Shown: piece by piece, positions 10,267-21,759 of the stretch
How the letters are laid out: each line of letters opens with the position of its first letter
Position numbering within the stretch: position 1 is the first letter of the stretch
Assembly (NCBI RefSeq): GCF_000300075.1
Contig: NC_018677.1
Coordinates: 90,001 to 122,000 of the forward strand
DNA length: 32,000 bases
Reading direction: 5' to 3'
From: Candidatus Saccharimonadota bacterium
GTDB taxonomy: Bacteria > Pseudomonadota > Gammaproteobacteria > Johnevansiales > Johnevansiaceae
Notes under the pieces: model-generated
The model's input: the letters and a program-made list of their open reading frames with translations, nothing else
Told to the model about the DNA's origin: nothing
Database searches by the model: none
Translations under genes and position numbers: made by a program

Positions 10267-10782
10267 ATGAAGCCTGAAAATAATAAAAAAAAGAGAGAAA
10301 CTGATTTTAAAGAAAAATTAGTAAAGATCAATCGTGTTTCTAAGGTCGTAAAAGGAGGCAGAATATTTGGATTTTCTGCAACTATAGTTATCGGTAATGG
10401 AAAAGGTAAGATTGGATTAGGTAAAGGTAAAGCAAGGGAAGTGTCAGTTGCTATTCAAAAAGCGATTGAAAAAGCCAAAAGAAAGTTGTTTGTTATTAAG
10501 TTAAAAGGCGATACTTTACAACATAAGATTTATAATACATATGGTGCTTCTAAAATTTATATGCAGCCAGCTTACAAAGGGACAGGTATTATTGCAGGAG
10601 GTGCTATGAGATCAGTATTAGAAATAGCAGGTATATATGATGTATTAGCTAAATGCTATGGATCAACTAATCCAATAAATGTAGTAAAAGCGACTTTGAA
10701 CGGATTGAAAAAAATGTATGATTCAGAATACATACAAAAAAAAAGAGGAGTAGATAAGATTCGTAGCGACTTAGATACATAA
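10267..10782 (+). CDS. rpsE: 30S ribosomal protein S5
   Basis: [44 protein letters not shown] and [39 protein letters not shown] match S5. ATG 10267 is preferred over GTG 10264 on spacing to AAGGGA (10255-10260). Confidence 0.94.
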   Translation: MKPENNKKKRETDFKEKLVKINRVSKVVKGGRIFGFSATIVIGNGKGKIGLGKGKAREVSVAIQKAIEKAKRKLFVIKLKGDTLQHKIYNTYGASKIYMQPAYKGTGIIAGGAMRSVLEIAGIYDVLAKCYGSTNPINVVKATLNGLKKMYDSEYIQKKRGVDKIRSDLDT

Positions 10783-10898
10783 ACAGATTATGATTTTGCT
10801 TAAGTAACTTAGGTAAGTTAGTACAATAATGATTGGTTTAGAGCAGTGTAAGTTAACGAGAAGAAAAAGTTAAAGTGAAGTTAAAGGAGAAAGTACAA

Positions 10899-11351
10899 TT
10901 GAAATTAAATAAACTAATAAATTGTGTTATAGGATATAAAAAAGAAAAAAAAAGACTAGGTAGAGGGATAGGATCAGGAACAGGAAAAACGTGTGGTAAA
11001 GGGCATAAAGGTCAAAAAGCAAGGTCAGGAAAGAAACTTAAAAGAGGTTTTGAGGGTGGTCAATTACCTTTAAAACGTACAATACCTAAAATGGGTTTTG
11101 TTTCAAGAAAATATGGCGGTTCAGAAGAAGTACGTTTTTGTGATTTGTCAAGGTTACAACGAAAGTTAATAGATATAGATGCTTTAAAAACAGCTAAATT
11201 AATAAAAAAAAATACTAAATCGGTTAAACTAATAAAATCAGGCAAAGTTAAAAATAAAAAAGTTGATATTATTAATATTAGAGGTTTAACCGTAACAAAT
11301 GGCGTACGTAAGATTATAGAAAAGTTTGGGGGAAAGATAGAGATTAAATGA
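10899..11351 (+). CDS. rplO: 50S ribosomal protein L15
   Basis: [27 protein letters not shown]......[14 protein letters not shown] is L15. The ORF opens at GTG 10875. TTG 10899 ([23 protein letters not shown]) aligns residue-for-residue with E. coli [22 protein letters not shown]. It is preceded by AAGGAG (10884-10889, 9-nt spacing). Confidence 0.9.
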   Translation: MKLNKLINCVIGYKKEKKRLGRGIGSGTGKTCGKGHKGQKARSGKKLKRGFEGGQLPLKRTIPKMGFVSRKYGGSEEVRFCDLSRLQRKLIDIDALKTAKLIKKNTKSVKLIKSGKVKNKKVDIINIRGLTVTNGVRKIIEKFGGKIEIK

Positions 11352-12541
11352 TTAGTAAAATTTATCAAGATATTATAAAAAAAATGAGGTTTATTTTAGT
11401 TGCAATAATAATTTATAGAATTGGAGTTCATATAACAGTACCCGGAGTAGATTGTTTTAAAGTTCATAATTTCATTCAAGCAAATAGTGCAATTAGTTTG
11501 TTTAATATGTTTTCTGGTGGAGCATTTGAGAGATTGAGTATTTTTTCAATTGGTTTAATGCCTTATATATCTGCATCAATAATAATGCAAGTCATCACAG
11601 GAATGTTTCTAGACGTTGAAGTATCAAAACATAAGTTAACGAGTTACTTAAGATATCTTACTTTAATGTTATCTGTTATACACTCATTAGTAGTTTCGAT
11701 TTTCTTTTTAGAGAAATCAGTTGTATATTATAAAAAAAGTGTTGTTTATTTAACGATTATTTTAACATTTGTTACAGGTGCTATATTTTTAATGTGGTTA
11801 GGTGAACAAATAACTGATAAAGGTATAGGTAATGGGATTTCACTGATAATATTGTCAGGTTTAGTATCAGTAATACCAAATGCGTTAGGAAGAACATTAT
11901 TTTTAACAATAAAAGATTCCTCATGGATGTATATACAAATCTTAAAAGTTGTAATTTTAGTACTGATAACTATCATTTTAGTAGTAGTGATCGAGAGTGG
12001 GCAAATAAGAATTAAGGTCAGTTATCCACGCAGATTAATAGGAAAGAAGCTGTATGCTACTCAAAGTAGTTATTTACCTCTAAAATTAAATATGGCAGGG
12101 GTAATACCAGCTATTTTTGCTTCAAGTAGTTTGATAATTACAGCTTCAGTAGGACAGTGGATCAATAGATCAATACTACCACAGTTAAGTCCAGGTCAAC
12201 CTTTATATATTATGTTTTTTGTTTTGTCTGTAATATTTTATTCTTTTTTTTACACAGCAATAGTTTTAAATGCAAAAGAGGTATCTATTAATTTAAAAAA
12301 ATCGGGAGCTTTTATTCATGGTATGAGGCCAGGTAAACAAACAGCGGGTTTTATATCTAAAGTATCAAGCCGTTTAAATTGGTTTGGCGCAATATATATT
12401 GTATTTTTTTCTTTAATACCACAATTAATTATGGTATATTGTAAAATACCCTTTTGTGGTGGAGGGATTTCAATATTAATAATGGTAGTCGTTGTTTTGG
12501 ATTTTTTATCGCAAATACAGTCTTATTTAACGGCAAATTAA
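11348..12541 (+). CDS. secY: Preprotein translocase subunit SecY (shortened, 397 aa)
   Basis: [68 protein letters not shown] and [17 protein letters not shown] match SecY. The start overlaps the rplO stop (ATGA). Confidence 0.94.
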   Translation: MISKIYQDIIKKMRFILVAIIIYRIGVHITVPGVDCFKVHNFIQANSAISLFNMFSGGAFERLSIFSIGLMPYISASIIMQVITGMFLDVEVSKHKLTSYLRYLTLMLSVIHSLVVSIFFLEKSVVYYKKSVVYLTIILTFVTGAIFLMWLGEQITDKGIGNGISLIILSGLVSVIPNALGRTLFLTIKDSSWMYIQILKVVILVLITIILVVVIESGQIRIKVSYPRRLIGKKLYATQSSYLPLKLNMAGVIPAIFASSSLIITASVGQWINRSILPQLSPGQPLYIMFFVLSVIFYSFFYTAIVLNAKEVSINLKKSGAFIHGMRPGKQTAGFISKVSSRLNWFGAIYIVFFSLIPQLIMVYCKIPFCGGGISILIMVVVVLDFLSQIQSYLTAN

Positions 12542-12626
12542 TATGAGTTGGCAACAAGCAACAAAAAAAAACACAGATACTTTACATAATACATGATCGA
12601 TAAATAGGCATATTAGGGTATCTATA

Positions 12627-12740
12627 ATGAAAGTGAGAACATCTGTAAAAAAAATTTGTATAAACTGTAAAATAATACGCAGAAAAGGAATATTAAGAGT
12701 TATTTGTAAAGATTTACGTCATAAGCAACGGCAGGGTTAG
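12627..12740 (+). CDS. rpmJ: 50S ribosomal protein L36
   Basis: Not in the supplied ORF track because it is under 60 aa. My own translation gives [37 protein letters not shown]. This is the L36 sequence with the C..C...C....H zinc-ribbon pattern, in its canonical position between secY and rpsM. Confidence 0.9.
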   Translation: MKVRTSVKKICINCKIIRRKGILRVICKDLRHKQRQG

Positions 12741-12752
12741 GAGAATAAATGT

Positions 12753-13103
12753 ATGGCACGTATTGCAGGAAGAAATATACCAGATAACAAGCAAGTCTGG
12801 GTTTCATTAACATATATCTATGGAATAGGAAAGTATAGAGCTAATAGTATTTGTAAAAGAATAGGTATAGACAGAAATGTAAAAGTAAGAGATTTAAATT
12901 CTATACAATTAGATAAAGTACGTAAACAAATTTGTAAATTTGTAGTAGAAGGAGAATTACGTCGTGAGGTTTCAGTTAATATTAAAAGGTTGATGGATTT
13001 AGGATGTTATAGAGGTTTAAGGCATAAAAGATGTCTTCCGGTTCGCGGACAACGTACAAAAACAAATGCACGGACTTGTAAAAATATTAACAAAGGAATA
13101 TAA
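12753..13103 (+). CDS. rpsM: 30S ribosomal protein S13
   Basis: [21 protein letters not shown] and [40 protein letters not shown] match S13. Confidence 0.96.
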   Translation: MARIAGRNIPDNKQVWVSLTYIYGIGKYRANSICKRIGIDRNVKVRDLNSIQLDKVRKQICKFVVEGELRREVSVNIKRLMDLGCYRGLRHKRCLPVRGQRTKTNARTCKNINKGI

Positions 13104-13108
13104 AATAT

Positions 13109-13501
13109 ATGGTAACAAGAAAATCTAGAAAAAAAAAAGTACTAAAAAAAAAAGAAATTATAAATGCAGTAGCACATATAAATGCTTCTTTTAACAATAC
13201 TATTGTTACAATAACAGATAAAAATGGTAATACTTTAGCTTGGGCAACTTCAGGGGGGGCTGGTTTTAAAGGATCGAGAAAAAGTACTCCGTTTGCTGCG
13301 CAAACGGCAAGTGACCGTGTAGCAAAATCAGCAGCAGAATGTGGAGTAAAATATATAGATGTTATAGTTAAGGGACCAGGTCCCGGCCGAGAGTCAGCAG
13401 TTAGAGCATTGAATTCTCATGGTATAAATGTAAAAAGTATAACAGACGCAACTCCAATACCACATAATGGATGTCGTCCACCTAAAAGAAGAAGAGTATA
13501 A
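13109..13501 (+). CDS. rpsK: 30S ribosomal protein S11
   Basis: [40 protein letters not shown] and [19 protein letters not shown] match S11. It contains two in-frame A10 runs (13129-13138, 13144-13153). Confidence 0.96.
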   Translation: MVTRKSRKKKVLKKKEIINAVAHINASFNNTIVTITDKNGNTLAWATSGGAGFKGSRKSTPFAAQTASDRVAKSAAECGVKYIDVIVKGPGPGRESAVRALNSHGINVKSITDATPIPHNGCRPPKRRRV

Positions 13502-13513
13502 AGGAAAAAGTAT

Positions 13514-14125
13514 ATGGCACGGTATTTGGGACCAAAATGCAAATTGTCTCGTAGAGAAGGAACAGATCTATTTTTAAAAAGTGGAATGGTATCTATTGAA
13601 GAAAAATGTAAATTTGATAAGATTCCGGGACAAAATAAAAAACATCGTACAAGAATAACAGAATATGGAAAGCAATTACGTGAGAAACAAAAAGTTCGAA
13701 GAATATATGGAGTTTTAGAAAAACAATTCAAGAATTACTATAAAAAAGCAGCAAAAAACAAAGGTGCAAAAGGAGAATATTTGTTACAAAGTTTAGAAGC
13801 AAGATTAGATAATATAGTTTATAGAATGGGATTTAGTGTAACTCGTGCAGAGGCACGACAATTAGTAAATCATAAAAGTATAAAAGTCAATGGTAGGATA
13901 GTAAATATTTCATCTTATAAAGTTACTGTGGGTGATTGTATTTCTATAAGGGCAAAATCTATGAATCAAACAAGAATAAAAAATGCGCTTGCTATTGCTA
14001 ATAAAGTAAAATGGGTTCATGTAGATGAAAAAAAGATGGAAGGAATTGTAAAGTATTTACCTTCAAAGATTTCTACAGATATTAACGAAAAGTTGATTGT
14101 AGAATTATATTCTAAGTTTAAATAG
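13514..14125 (+). CDS. rpsD: 30S ribosomal protein S4
   Basis: [44 protein letters not shown] and [25 protein letters not shown] match S4. Confidence 0.96.
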   Translation: MARYLGPKCKLSRREGTDLFLKSGMVSIEEKCKFDKIPGQNKKHRTRITEYGKQLREKQKVRRIYGVLEKQFKNYYKKAAKNKGAKGEYLLQSLEARLDNIVYRMGFSVTRAEARQLVNHKSIKVNGRIVNISSYKVTVGDCISIRAKSMNQTRIKNALAIANKVKWVHVDEKKMEGIVKYLPSKISTDINEKLIVELYSKFK

Positions 14126-14136
14126 GTATTTATATT

Positions 14137-15126
14137 ATGAGTTCAGTTAACGAGTTTGTACGTCCAAGTAAAATAAATGTAGAAGCGATTAGTAATAATC
14201 ATGCAATTATAAGTTTAGAACCTTTAGAACGTGGATTTGGTCATACTTTAGGAAATGCATTGCGTCGTATTTTATTATCTTATATGCCTGGGTGTGCAGT
14301 TGTTGAAGCGGAAATAAAGGGAGTACAGCATGAATATAGCGTAATAGACGGTATTAAAGAAGATGTAATAGAAATAATTCTTAATATTAAAGAAATTGCA
14401 ATTAAACTGTATGGTATTGATGAAATAGAGCTAGAATTAAAGAAAATAGGTTCAGGAGTAGTAAAAGCAGGAGATATAAAGGCAAGGCAGGATGTAGAAA
14501 TAATAAATCCAGATCATGTAATTGCACATTTAAATGATCATGGAGAACTAAATATGAAATTGCGTTTTGTTAGAGGAAGAGGGTATGAACCAGCTTATTT
14601 ACGTAATAAATCAGATAAAAATTTTGGTCGCATACAGATAGACGCAAAGTTTAGTCCAGTGAAGAGAGTCGCATATTTTGTAGAATCAGCAAGAGTAGAA
14701 CAAAAAACGGATTTTGATAAGTTAATAATAGAGTTAGAAACTAATGGAACATTAGACCCAGAAGAAGCAATACGAACTTCAGCAAAAATTTTAAGAAATC
14801 AATTAGATTTTTTTGTTGATTTATCATGTGAAAACAAAAAACATGTAGAAAATGAGGTAGAACCTGACCGGAGAACAGATACAAAAATAGATAAAGCTTT
14901 ACTTTTACCAGTTGAAGATTTGGAATTAACAGTTAGAAGTGCAAATTGTCTTAAGGCTGAAAATATATTTTATATTGGCGATTTAGTTAAAAGAACAGAA
15001 GGTGAATTATTAAAGACACCTAATCTTGGTAAAAAATCATTAAATGAAATTAAAAAGGTTTTAAAGGTTAGAGGTTTAGCATTGGGTATGCATATTGATC
15101 TCTGGCCACCTGGAAAAAAAAACTAA
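14137..15126 (+). CDS. rpoA: DNA-directed RNA polymerase subunit alpha
   Basis: [36 protein letters not shown]...G..EDV.EI.LN.K is the N-terminal domain. [44 protein letters not shown] is the alpha-CTD. Confidence 0.97.
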   Translation: MSSVNEFVRPSKINVEAISNNHAIISLEPLERGFGHTLGNALRRILLSYMPGCAVVEAEIKGVQHEYSVIDGIKEDVIEIILNIKEIAIKLYGIDEIELELKKIGSGVVKAGDIKARQDVEIINPDHVIAHLNDHGELNMKLRFVRGRGYEPAYLRNKSDKNFGRIQIDAKFSPVKRVAYFVESARVEQKTDFDKLIIELETNGTLDPEEAIRTSAKILRNQLDFFVDLSCENKKHVENEVEPDRRTDTKIDKALLLPVEDLELTVRSANCLKAENIFYIGDLVKRTEGELLKTPNLGKKSLNEIKKVLKVRGLALGMHIDLWPPGKKN

Positions 15127-15140
15127 TAGAGGTTAAATCT

Positions 15141-15491
15141 ATGCGTCATCGTAAAAAAGGTCGTCATTTAAATAAAAGTGTTTCACATCGTAAAGCATTG
15201 TTTAAAAATTTGTGTTTTTCATTAATCAAACATGAAATGATAAGAACAACATTGTCAAAAGCTAAGGAATTACGTCACTATATAGAGCCGTTAATTACCT
15301 TATCTAAAAAAGACACCGTATCTAATCGTAGATTAGCCTTTAATAAGATACCGTCTAAAGAACTTGTAGCAAAATTATTTACAGAACTAGGTCATCGTTA
15401 TTTAATGCGTAATGGCGGTTATATAAGAATTATTAAACAACGTTTGAGACCTGGAGATAATGCTATAATAGCCTTAGTTTTACTTGCATAA
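15141..15491 (+). CDS. rplQ: 50S ribosomal protein L17
   Basis: [10 protein letters not shown]...SHRKA.F.NL...LI.HE.I.TTL.KAKELR...EPLITL.K and GGY.RI.K...R.GDNA match L17. It is the last gene of the alpha operon. Confidence 0.95.
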   Translation: MRHRKKGRHLNKSVSHRKALFKNLCFSLIKHEMIRTTLSKAKELRHYIEPLITLSKKDTVSNRRLAFNKIPSKELVAKLFTELGHRYLMRNGGYIRIIKQRLRPGDNAIIALVLLA

Positions 15492-17106
15492 TTATTCTCA
15501 CAACAAAAATATAAACATCTAAATCTCTCTCTCAATTCACTACATCATCACTTTTGTTCTATTATAAAACATCTTATTTTTTTTATAATGAACATCCAAC
15601 TAATCATCTATATAATTATAATTTGGTTATCTATTAACATCTTAATCGATAAAATAAAATAAAAACTCACAATTCTATATATTATATACCAGTCAAACAA
15701 CATTTGTAAAAAAAAGGCATTTGGCATTTACCAATTTTCATCACAACCCATCAATTATTTAATATATATATATAGCACATAATTAAAGAGCGATTGTAAA
15801 TATAACTTTAATTACATCAAACTAGGTACATATTGTTTCTTCTTTTTAATCATGTCTAAAATATATCTTAATTCTCTTCTTAAACTAATAATACATAAAA
15901 TACAACGGATTTTACTACAACTGTGTTAACATTACATATTATACAATATACATATTTTTATTCATTTCACACTACGTCTCGTCTATACGCTAACATATTT
16001 CACTATTCCTCTAACATCTAAATAATTCATCACAACTAACAACAATTTACATCCGTTTCTCATTACTAAACATCAATCTACTAACTACTATTCACTAACA
16101 TAAACAATTTTTAAACTTATCCTCTTCATCCTTTTGAAACTCATAACACCTATTAACTCATTATTTAACGTACAACTAATACTAATACTAATACAAATAC
16201 ATTATACCTAAACTTCTATCTACAATAACAACTACAACTTACACAATACTCCTAACTCATTCCACCCTTTACTTCTTTCTTATAACACAAAACTACAATT
16301 CAACAAAATCAGATATTTTTTAACACATAACTACAAACTTCATAATCAAACAACTCATGCTATGCTAACATTACACTAATAAGTTAAAAGCAAAAAAAAA
16401 TACAACAAACAAAATAAAACACACAAGTGCTAAAAAATAAAATAGATATGACAAATAAAAAAACACAACTACTAACACATAATAAAAGACACAAATGATA
16501 ACACAAAACAATATCATGAACAAAACAACAACACCTGCTATAAAAATAATAAACAAAACTTTCTCTTAAACAACATAAAGCACAGACTATATTAAATATC
16601 ATTAAGCTTATAACATACAAAAAACAAGATTATAATAGAAAACATAAAAAGAAAGAGATCACATAACACAACAAAAAAAATACATAACACAAAATCATAA
16701 AGGCTAAATATTAAATAAAAAAAAATAACACCTCAAAAAGCAAAAGATAAAGTAATAAAAACAAGCACTAAATACTTAATCATAATTCACAATGCAGATA
16801 GAAAAACCTAAAGCATTAAAAATATAAAATTAGAGCAAAAATTAATTTATAAAAAACAAGCTTAAAATAAGTTAATAAGCGAAGAAAGTTGTACAAGTAA
16901 AATAGTAAAAAATACACAACAGCACAGATGCATGATATAATACAGAAAACAAAACAAATAACAGTTCATTTAAAACAAATAAAAATTACCCACAAAAAGA
17001 AATAATAGAAGAATCACAAACAAAAAAAAAGAAAAGCAAGATGGTATGTTAGTTAAAACAACAACAAATAAAATGAAATACCTTAAAATGCAGAAGGAGA
17101 TAAGGT
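15492..17106. other. 1.6-kb non-coding spacer between rplQ and rplU. It is G-depleted on the + strand, the opposite polarity to the other large spacers: A/T/C-rich to about 16380, then A-rich with C.
   Basis: No credible ORF; there are only low-complexity antisense ORFs at 16371-16620. A 141-nt stretch (16171-16311) contains no G at all. Most 60-nt lines before about 16780 have 0-3 G. Confidence 0.85.
16176..16193 (+). repeat. Hexanucleotide microsatellite (CTAATA)x3, followed by degenerate CAAATA
   Basis: Direct reading gives ctaata ctaata ctaata caaata c. The same motif in the same orientation recurs at 28147-28171. Confidence 0.9.
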
Positions 17107-17424
17107 ATGTATGCAGTTATAAAATGTGGAAATAAACAATTTTATGTAAAAGAAGGACAAAAAATTAAAATAGACAAAGTAAAACTTGAAATTGGAGACG
17201 TTATTGTAATAACTAAAGTTCTTTTAATAAATAAAAAAAATAAAATAATTAAAATAGGAAGACCATTTGTTAAAACAGCTACGGTTAGTGCAGAAATAAT
17301 TGCACATAAAAGAGAAAAAAAAATTAAAATAATACACTTTAAAAGGCGGAAACACTATATGAGACATAAAGGACACAGACAATGGTTTTCTGAAATTAAA
17401 ATTATTAATATAAAAGGATATTGA
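17107..17424 (+). CDS. rplU: 50S ribosomal protein L21
   Basis: MYAVIK.GNKQ..V.EGQ......V and A.II.H.R.KKIKI..FKRRKHY.R.KGHRQWF.EIKI match L21. AAGGAG lies at 17094-17099. Confidence 0.94.
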   Translation: MYAVIKCGNKQFYVKEGQKIKIDKVKLEIGDVIVITKVLLINKKNKIIKIGRPFVKTATVSAEIIAHKREKKIKIIHFKRRKHYMRHKGHRQWFSEIKIINIKGY

Positions 17425-17428
17425 TGAC

Positions 17429-17695
17429 ATGGCTCAAAAAAAAGCTGCAGGTAGTTCAAGAAATGGAAGAGATTCAAATTCTAAACGATTAGGTATTAAG
17501 ATATATGGTGGCCAATATGTTATTTCTGGAAATATAATCGTTAGACAACGTGGTACTAAAGTTCTTGCTGGACACGGTGTGGGAATTGGAAGAGATCATA
17601 CATTGTTTGCATTAATTAACGGTTGCATTTTTTTTTATAACATTAAGAAGGGTAACCGTAAACGTAAATGCGTTAAAATTGTATGCAGTTTATAG
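17429..17695 (+). CDS. rpmA: 50S ribosomal protein L27
   Basis: [54 protein letters not shown] matches L27. Confidence 0.95.
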   Translation: MAQKKAAGSSRNGRDSNSKRLGIKIYGGQYVISGNIIVRQRGTKVLAGHGVGIGRDHTLFALINGCIFFYNIKKGNRKRKCVKIVCSL

Positions 17696-18666
17696 ATGAA
17701 ACTTATATTTTAATTGAAGCAGGTACTGGTGGAACTGGATGTTTAAGTTTTAGTAGTTTGTTACGTGGTTCTGATGGAGGGAATGGTGGTACTGGTGGTA
17801 ATATCTTTTGTATTGGAGATAAATATCTAAATACATTGTTTTTTTTAAATTATAACAAAGTTTATAAAGCACAAAATGGTGAAATTGGAAAGCCTAAAAA
17901 ACAAAATGGCAATAAAGGTAAAGATGTTTTTATAAAAGTACCCGTTGGAAGTATGTTGAGAGATGCTCAAACTTGTGAGTTAATAGGGGAAATTATAATT
18001 CATAGGCAAAATATTAAGGTTGCTAAAGGAGGTACTAGTGGAATTGGTAATTTTAAAACAAAACGAAGTAAAAACATGAAAGGTACAATAGGAGAAAGTC
18101 GTAATCTATATATTGAATTAATATTGTTGGCTGATGTAGGTTGTTTAGGCATACCTAATTCTGGTAAATCTACGTTGATTAGATCAATTACGTCCGCATT
18201 GCCAAAAGTAGCACGGTATCCATTTACTACATTAAGACCTTTTTTAGGATTTGTAAAGTTAAATAAGACGTATAGTTTTATCATTACAGACGTACCCGGA
18301 TTAATAATTGGTGCATCTCAAGGGCTAGGTTTGGGATTAAAGTTTATAAAACATTTAAATCGTATAAAAATTATTTGTAATTTACTAGATGTCATGTGTA
18401 ATAAAGTTTTAGATACTACATTAGGAATTATTAGCGAAATTAAAACTATATATATTGACATGTTTCAGAAACAGAGGTATTTAGTTTTGAATAAGTTAGA
18501 TAAGTTACCTAAATATAAAAAATCACAAGTAATAGAAATTGTTATTAACGGGTTAACTTGGCGTAATAAGACGACTTTGTTTATTATATCTGCTAAAAAA
18601 AAATATGGTTGTTATGAATTAAAAAAATCAGCATTAACTTATTTGAAAAGAGGAATAAATGGATAA
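17683..18666 (+). CDS. obg: GTPase Obg/CgtA (lacks the acidic C-terminal tail of E. coli ObgE)
   Basis: MQFIDE..I...AG.GG.GC.SF and DGG.GG.GG match the Obg fold. LLADVG.LG.PN.GKSTLI..I....PKVA.YPFTTL.P.LG.V, DVPGLI.GAS.G.GLG..F.KHL.R and NK.D are the G motifs. The rplU-rpmA-obg synteny is conserved. Confidence 0.92.
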   Translation: MQFIDETYILIEAGTGGTGCLSFSSLLRGSDGGNGGTGGNIFCIGDKYLNTLFFLNYNKVYKAQNGEIGKPKKQNGNKGKDVFIKVPVGSMLRDAQTCELIGEIIIHRQNIKVAKGGTSGIGNFKTKRSKNMKGTIGESRNLYIELILLADVGCLGIPNSGKSTLIRSITSALPKVARYPFTTLRPFLGFVKLNKTYSFIITDVPGLIIGASQGLGLGLKFIKHLNRIKIICNLLDVMCNKVLDTTLGIISEIKTIYIDMFQKQRYLVLNKLDKLPKYKKSQVIEIVINGLTWRNKTTLFIISAKKKYGCYELKKSALTYLKRGING

Positions 18667-18898
18667 AAACAGAGCACGACGTCAACAAAATTCAAGCAAA
18701 CGTTCAATTGTACGTACTTACATAAAGCGGGTATTAAAAGCAATAAAATTAAAAAAGTTTAAGTTGTGTATTGAGGAGTTTTATAAAGCACAATCTGTAT
18801 TTGATATATTAGCTGATAAAAATATTATTTCCAAGAGAAAATCAGCACGTATAAAAAGTAGGCTAAATTTACAAATAAAAAAAGAATTACAATGTTAA
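18659..18898 (+). CDS. rpsT: 30S ribosomal protein S20 (N-terminally shortened)
   Basis: RRQQNSSKRS.VRTYIK.V..AI and I.S.RKSAR.KSRL...IK align with E. coli S20 (RKHNASRRSMMRTFIKKV...HKNKAARHKANL). It is small, basic, and adjacent to ileS. Confidence 0.82.
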   Translation: MDKNRARRQQNSSKRSIVRTYIKRVLKAIKLKKFKLCIEEFYKAQSVFDILADKNIISKRKSARIKSRLNLQIKKELQC

Positions 18899-18913
18899 GG
18901 TTAGGGCTATTAA

Positions 18914-21759
18914 GTGATTAATGTTCGTTATAATAATACATTAAATTTACCAAAAACAACTTTTCCAATGAGAGGAAATTTGTCAATTAAAGAACCTATT
19001 CGTTTGAATAAATGGAAACAAAGTGAAATTTACAAAAAATTACGGCAAGATCGTAAAGGTTGTAAGAAATTTATTTTACACGATGGTCCACCTTATGCAA
19101 ATGGTCACATACATATAGGTCATGCAGTTAACAAAATTCTAAAAGACATTATTATAAAATCTAAAAATTTAGAAGGTTGTGATTCCTGGTATGTACCAGG
19201 TTGGGATTGTCATGGTTTGCCTATAGAACTAAACATATTAAAAAATAATAACGGTAAGTTTTTAACTTCTAATAAAATTATGTTGTATTGTCGAAAATAC
19301 GTAGAGAAACAAATTTATAGTCAAAAAGTAGATTTTATTAGGTTAGGTATATTAGGTGATTGGGATAATGCGTATCGCACAATGGATTTTATTAATCAAG
19401 CAGGCATAATAAGATCTTTGTCTGCAATTGTTAAAAAAGGTTATGTGTTTAGAGGATTAAAACCAGTAAATTGGTGTTTTCAATGTAGTTCAGCGTTAGC
19501 TGAATCAGAAGTTGATTTTTTAGAAAAAGTTTCAGAATCAATAGATGTTGCTTTTTTTTGTATTGATAATTATAAGTTAGTCAAAAATTTTGGTGTTAAT
19601 AATTGTATAGAAAAACCAATAGAAGTAGTCAGTTGGACGACGACACCTTGGAGTATTCCAGCTAATCAAGCAATACATGTTCTCGCTTTTTGTATTTATG
19701 TTTTGGTCGATGTTGGTGTAAAATTTATACTTTTAGCAGAACAATTAGTTGAGAATTGTTTAAATCGATATCAATTAAACGGAAAAATAATTGCTAAAAC
19801 GTTTGGAAAAGAGTTAGAAAAAGTTAGATTAAAGCATCCTTTACATAATATAGATGCATTTTATGATAGAATAACAAATATATACATAGCAGATTATATA
19901 GCAATAAAAACAGGAACAGGAATCATACATGCTTCTCCGGCATATGGAGAAGACGATTTTATTGTTTATAGTAATCTTCAATATAATGAAAATATGTTGA
20001 AACTAGTTAAAAGTAATGGATTTTATATAAAATATTTATCTGTATTTGGAGGTCAGCTAATATGGATCGCTAATTCAGAAATTATAAATAACTTGAATAA
20101 TAGAATTATTGCTAAAGAATTAATATTACATAGTTATATGTATTGTTGGCGTCATAAAAACCCATTGATTAAAATGGCCACTTCGCAATGGTTTGTTGGA
20201 ATGGATGTTGGTAAAATTTCACTACGTAAAAAGGCTTTAGATTGTCTAAAAAACGTAAAAGTTTATCCGTCAAGTGGTAAAACACGTTTGTATCACATGA
20301 TTAGTAATCGACCAGATTGGTGTATCTCTAGGCAAAGAAGTTGGGGTGTGCCTATTCCTTTTTTTATAAAAAAAAAAGGTGTTTATTGCACCAACGTATA
20401 ATAGAGATTATGGAAATAATTGCAAAAAAGGTTCAAAACGAAGGTAGTGAAGTCTGGATTAAAATTAAAAGTTGTGAAGTTTTTGGAGATGAAGATATAG
20501 TATATAAAAAAATTACAGATATTTTAGATGTTTGGTTTGATTCCGGAACAACGCATAATCATGTCTTGCGTGGGTCTAATTTTATTTTACAAAAAGAAGA
20601 TAAGGCTGATTTGTATTTAGAAGGATTAGATCAATATAGAGGTTGGTTTCATACCTCATTAATCACGTCCGCAGCTATATCTGGCCATGCACCGTTCAAC
20701 AAATTATTAAGTCATTGTTTTACTGTTGATAAGAACGGACAAAAAATGTCTAAATCAATAGGCAATGTTGTTTCTCCACAAACAATAATAAGCAAATACG
20801 GAGCTGATATATTACGTTTATGGGTTGTTTCAAAGGATTATGAATCTGAAATGACTATGTCTGAAGATATTATACAACTAATTGCTGATTCTTATAGAAG
20901 ATTACGCAATACAACAAGATTTATGATAGCTAATTTAAGTGGTTTTGATCAATCTAAACATGGTATAGATCCAGAAAAATTATTAGCTTTAGATAGATGG
21001 GCTTTAGATATATCTGCAAATTTTCAACACGCTATAAAAAATTCATATAAAGATTATCGTTTTGTTGATATCTATCAACAGCTTTGTAATTTTTGTACAA
21101 GAGATTTGGGAAGTTTTTATTTAGATATTATTAAAGACCGCCAATACACTACTCAAAAGAATTCTTTATACCGTAGAAGTTGTCAAACAACATTGTATCA
21201 TATAATTGAAGCTATGTCTCGTTGGATAACACCAATATGTACTTTTACTGCTGAAGAAATTTATGAAAGTTTATCTGTAAAACGGTATAACAAAAGTGTT
21301 TTATTAGAAACTTATTACAGAGAATTAAATCCACTGCCTAAAGGTTTAGTTATGGGAAGAGTGTTTTGGAAAATAATCAAAGCAGTTAAATCAGAAGTAA
21401 ATAAATGTTTAGAAAATTATCGAAAAAAAAATATAATTAAAAGTTCATTAGATGCTAAGGTTACTTTATATGTATCCGAAACTTATTACAAAATTTTGTC
21501 TTTGTTGAAAGGAGAATTGCGGTTTGTTTTAATTACATCCTCTGCTTTTTTAAAAAAAAGTGTTAATAAAACAAAAACAGCAATATTTACAGGTTTGTCA
21601 GGTTTACAAGTATTAGTTCAAAAAAGTAAGTACAAAAAATGTGAGCGTAGTTGGGAACTTTTACCAGATGTTGGTAGATATAACAAACACCCTAAATTGT
21701 GTGCTAGATCTATTGATAATTTGCCTAGAGGTCCAGGTGAAGTACGTTTATATGTCTGA
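18914..21759 (+). CDS. ileS: Isoleucyl-tRNA synthetase. It is full length but interrupted by one frameshift in an A10 tract (20368-20377), and would be annotated as a frameshifted pseudogene by pipelines.
   Basis: Two abutting ORFs (18914-20401 and 20341-21759) are colinear with E. coli IleRS. The N-terminal part has NTLNLPKTTFPMRGNL and the HIGH motif (PYANGHIHIGHAVNK). The C-terminal part has DVWFDSGTTH, KMSKS and the C-terminal Cys cluster. Reading ...SWGVPIPFFIKKK, then shifting to RCLLHQRIIEIMEII, matches E. coli [27 protein letters not shown]. Adding one A gives a 948-codon ORF, versus 938 aa in E. coli. Confidence 0.88.

Noticed and set aside
10783-10898. A possible rpmD pseudogene remnant lies in the rpsE-rplO gap, for example the short frames [14 protein letters not shown] and NDWFRAV*.
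   Set aside because: The resemblance to L30 (LLGLGLRRIGHTV, INAVSFMV) is limited to 2-3 residues and the interval is half the required length. It is indistinguishable from chance.
16371-16620. Two overlapping minus-strand ORFs (61 and 78 aa) lie in the rplQ-rplU spacer.
   Set aside because: They are Cys/Phe/Val/Leu low-complexity translations of the complement of an A/C-only block. They overlap each other in different frames, which is a compositional artefact.
15492-17106. I considered whether the large spacers are mobile elements, prophage remnants or horizontally acquired DNA.
   Set aside because: There are no transposase or integrase ORFs, no terminal inverted repeats or target-site duplications, and no tRNA-adjacent integration signature. 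The composition is a more extreme version of the host genome bias, not foreign.
18914-21759. I considered whether ileS is a genuinely split gene making two functional polypeptides (495 aa plus 472 aa).
   Set aside because: The downstream ORF has no plausible start or SD near the junction; the ORF-track start at 20341 is a TTG inside the upstream reading frame. The break also falls exactly in a homopolymer and within a conserved segment. A frameshift, whether an error, heterogeneity or slippage rescue, is the more economical reading. It cannot be formally excluded without protein data.
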